Position numbers and translations under genes: made by a program
The notes under the pieces: generated by a model
Database searches by the model: none
The model's input: the letters and a program-made list of their open reading frames with translations, nothing else
Told to the model about the DNA's origin: nothing
Part shown: positions 61,601 through 64,000 of the stretch, piece after piece
Position numbering within the stretch: position 1 is the first letter of the stretch
Layout: each line of letters opens with the position of its first letter
Source: Takakia lepidozioides
Taxonomy: Eukaryota > Plantae > Bryophyta
Assembly: GCA_030704615.1 (NCBI GenBank)
Contig: CM060733.1
Location: 11,160,001-11,224,000 of the forward strand
Reading direction: 5' to 3'
Length of the DNA stretch: 64,000 bases

Positions 61601-63827
61601 ATTTCACTAATAGCCCTGGTCTTCGGAATGACACATCAATCGAAGGAGAGGATGAACCCAACTCAAGAGCTCACAGTTAGAAAACTATATGAGAATATTT
61701 TTTAAGAGATTCCCTGACATTTGTGAGGTACACCCACAGGTAATGACAGCATGGTACAACTCTTCAGAAGTCCATGATCAACAGGCAACCATATTTTTCT
61801 GTTTATGTTGGCAATTAGGAAAAGCTCCAGGTATTTCTCAAGTGATCCGGTAGGCGTGGGGCTTATGAAGAGTAACCTCTTAGTAATCTTTTCACGTATG
61901 AATCTTCTGTTCTCAACCCTGCAGTACACAATTGTTGAGATACATCCATAACTTGCTTCAAACAACCCTACTCTTATTAATTTTTAATCTGTTACTCAGG
62001 GAATCTTTGCCAGCCTTGCATACTCCAGCACTTGTCCTTACGAATAAGCCTGGAGAAGAAGGGCCTGAAGGAAATGACAGATACTATAAAACCTGAACCC
62101 CATCTGCAAGAAAGTTTACATTCTTAAGCAGTTTATGCGTGCAGATTGGAGTACACATGCATTAAAAAAGAACATTTAAGTGAATCTCGTACTAGAACTG
62201 ACTGCACCCGGCCAAAAAGAGAGCTTACACTGAATCAAACAAGTTCAGTGTCCTATTACAAAAAAATCAACCCTAGTTGCACACATCAGCATGATACAGT
62301 CAATCAGCTTGCAGTCAAGAGGTATCAACACGAGAACTACTGTTAAGCAGTTACGTTCAGATAAAGAGTGAAGATTCATCTGATGAACTTCAAACCGAAA
62401 ACGTGTCAGGAAGAACCGGCAACCTGCTTTAAGTTCAATCAAATCCAACCTAAAGACCATTCGAGTACCTACTGCAGGGGCAGGTCCTCACCGTTGATCA
62501 AGTGGCCACCAAACCTTAATCCTGCATCCCACAAGGCTCTCGTCTGCTCCCCTGTCATCTTCATTTTTCCAAGCAGGGCTCTGTCCAGATGTGGAAGGCG
62601 GAAATACCATGTATGGATCAGATTTGAGACATAGCAATAGAAGAATGGCCACAACTACTGACTTTCCAGGTGGGGATGAAAAATACTGAGAAAAATAAAT
62701 GAACCAGATTGCACAATCCTGTAAGTATCTGAGAGGAATCATGTAAAGAAATCTGACAATCATCAGTACCAGGCCAAAGAATGCCACAGGTACCAATGTC
62801 CAACATCAATCCACCTCCTATCCAAAATGTGAAAAATCCAAAGCACGTGGGATTCATGCACCTTCTCAACAGCCAATAAGTTGGCTTTCTTCAAAGCCTT
62901 TGCAGGAGTGCCAAGAGGGCTTTGGATGGCTTCCACAGATTCCTGGCATAATTATAACTGTCAAATATAATTACAATTACCAAAACCATCACAATCTGAA
63001 GACACATGTCCTCCTGACCACACATTCTCAATACCATTTGATCTTACTCTAGTCACATTGTTCAACACTAGACCACCCTTAAAAGGACCTGCCAGAAGAA
63101 TTCAATTTCGAATTTGCTGTTGAGCCTCAAACAAACAATAAGAAAACCAAAGAACACAACCAGAATTCCACCTCACAAGTGAACAGCCTGCAGAGATAGT
63201 GTCACGGACAGTAGTCCACATGCCTGCGTTACTTTGTAAGCTCAATAGCACAAATGCAGCAATGACAGTAGCATTCCTTCAAAAGGATAGCACCTTATGT
63301 TTGCTAGGAGAACCTCCATTTTGCCTATATCCCTCAGAAAGCACCAATGGCTTGACCTTGGCTGGGCGGCCAGGTTTCTTCGGAACAGAGTTGAGCAATA
63401 ACCGTTGGTTATCAGCAGCTGTCATCCCTGTCTTGGCTGTGCTCATACGTGATTTATCAGGAGTAGGTCCAGCCAGCTCAGTAGCATCCGGTGACTCCTT
63501 TTCTCCCTTGGTGCCAGAGCCCTTGGGACGTCCACGTTTGCGCTTAGTAGGGGGGGTCTCCTCTTGCTTCTCTTTGTCAAATTCCCCATCCCCCTTAGTG
63601 TCTGAGTTTCGGATTTTGTTCCCTGGTTTCACATGCTCATTCTTGTCACGAAACTTGTTCCATCCACGGGACCCCTTCGAAGTCGATTTCTCTGTACCCA
63701 CAGCACTTTTCTCTCTTTCAGGGTCATGCCTACTCCTCTTGTTGTTTGGCTCATTGTTCTCTCCTTTATCAGCATCCTCTCCATCCATATGTCGTTTTGA
63801 CCGTTTCTGGCCTTGTGGGCTGGATGG
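58634..63827 (-). CDS. PDS5: 3' part of a PDS5-like cohesin-associated/Tudor-domain gene. Exons 63294-63827, 62492-62580, 61314-61365, 60666-60752, 60431-60477, 59781-59858, 59292-59488, 59005-59168, 58634-58669; continues beyond the window
   Basis: GT-AG exons splice in phase to give an AT-hook (KRKRGRPKGS), a Tudor domain (LVGCRIKVWWPLDQRFYLGEIVAYDSKKKKHQVLYDDGEREKLNLVKERWE) and the terminus EDDDEPLDTWRSRKRKVR*. Confidence 0.8.
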
Positions 63828-64000
63828 CTGAAAGACAACATAGCCACAAAGTAAGTACCATGGCAACAATTACTTGCTCTTCTAAATTCCACTTCCCTAC
63901 TGACATTGAGATACCAAAAATCCCTTTTGGCGGACAAAAAAGACCTGGAAATCACAATTTGGTCCAGACACTTAGATAGACAAGCTTCCCGTGATACCTC

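Overview
Eukaryotic nuclear DNA, most likely from a seed-free land plant (fern, lycophyte or bryophyte; inferred from the PLS-PPR style and the TE families). About 55 kb is a nested transposon graveyard: Tcn1-like and other chromoviral Ty3/gypsy elements, a PHD-finger Ty3/gypsy family in two copies, CACTA and hAT remnants, a LINE, MITEs, and decayed PLS-PPR and OSB-like (PDF-motif) genes. The last ~5.4 kb is the 3' end of an intact intron-rich PDS5-like gene on the minus strand. The most unusual feature is 21648-35424. It holds a near-pristine head-to-tail pair of a two-ORF Penelope-like retroelement whose RT has Naiad/Chlamys-type motifs but no recognisable endonuclease. The element carries an unknown RGG-tailed ORF1, a ~2 kb apparently structured non-coding leader with a telomere-like tract, and a two-state 3' hairpin. 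It is joined through a G-tract/C-tract palindrome to an inverted, diverged, ORF-less copy of the leader. Other highlights are a PDF(ssDNA-binding)-PPR fusion architecture, Tf1-type self-priming signals, and a 5'-truncated LTR element that is still flanked by a direct repeat. All calls come from reading the sequence by eye; no searches were run.
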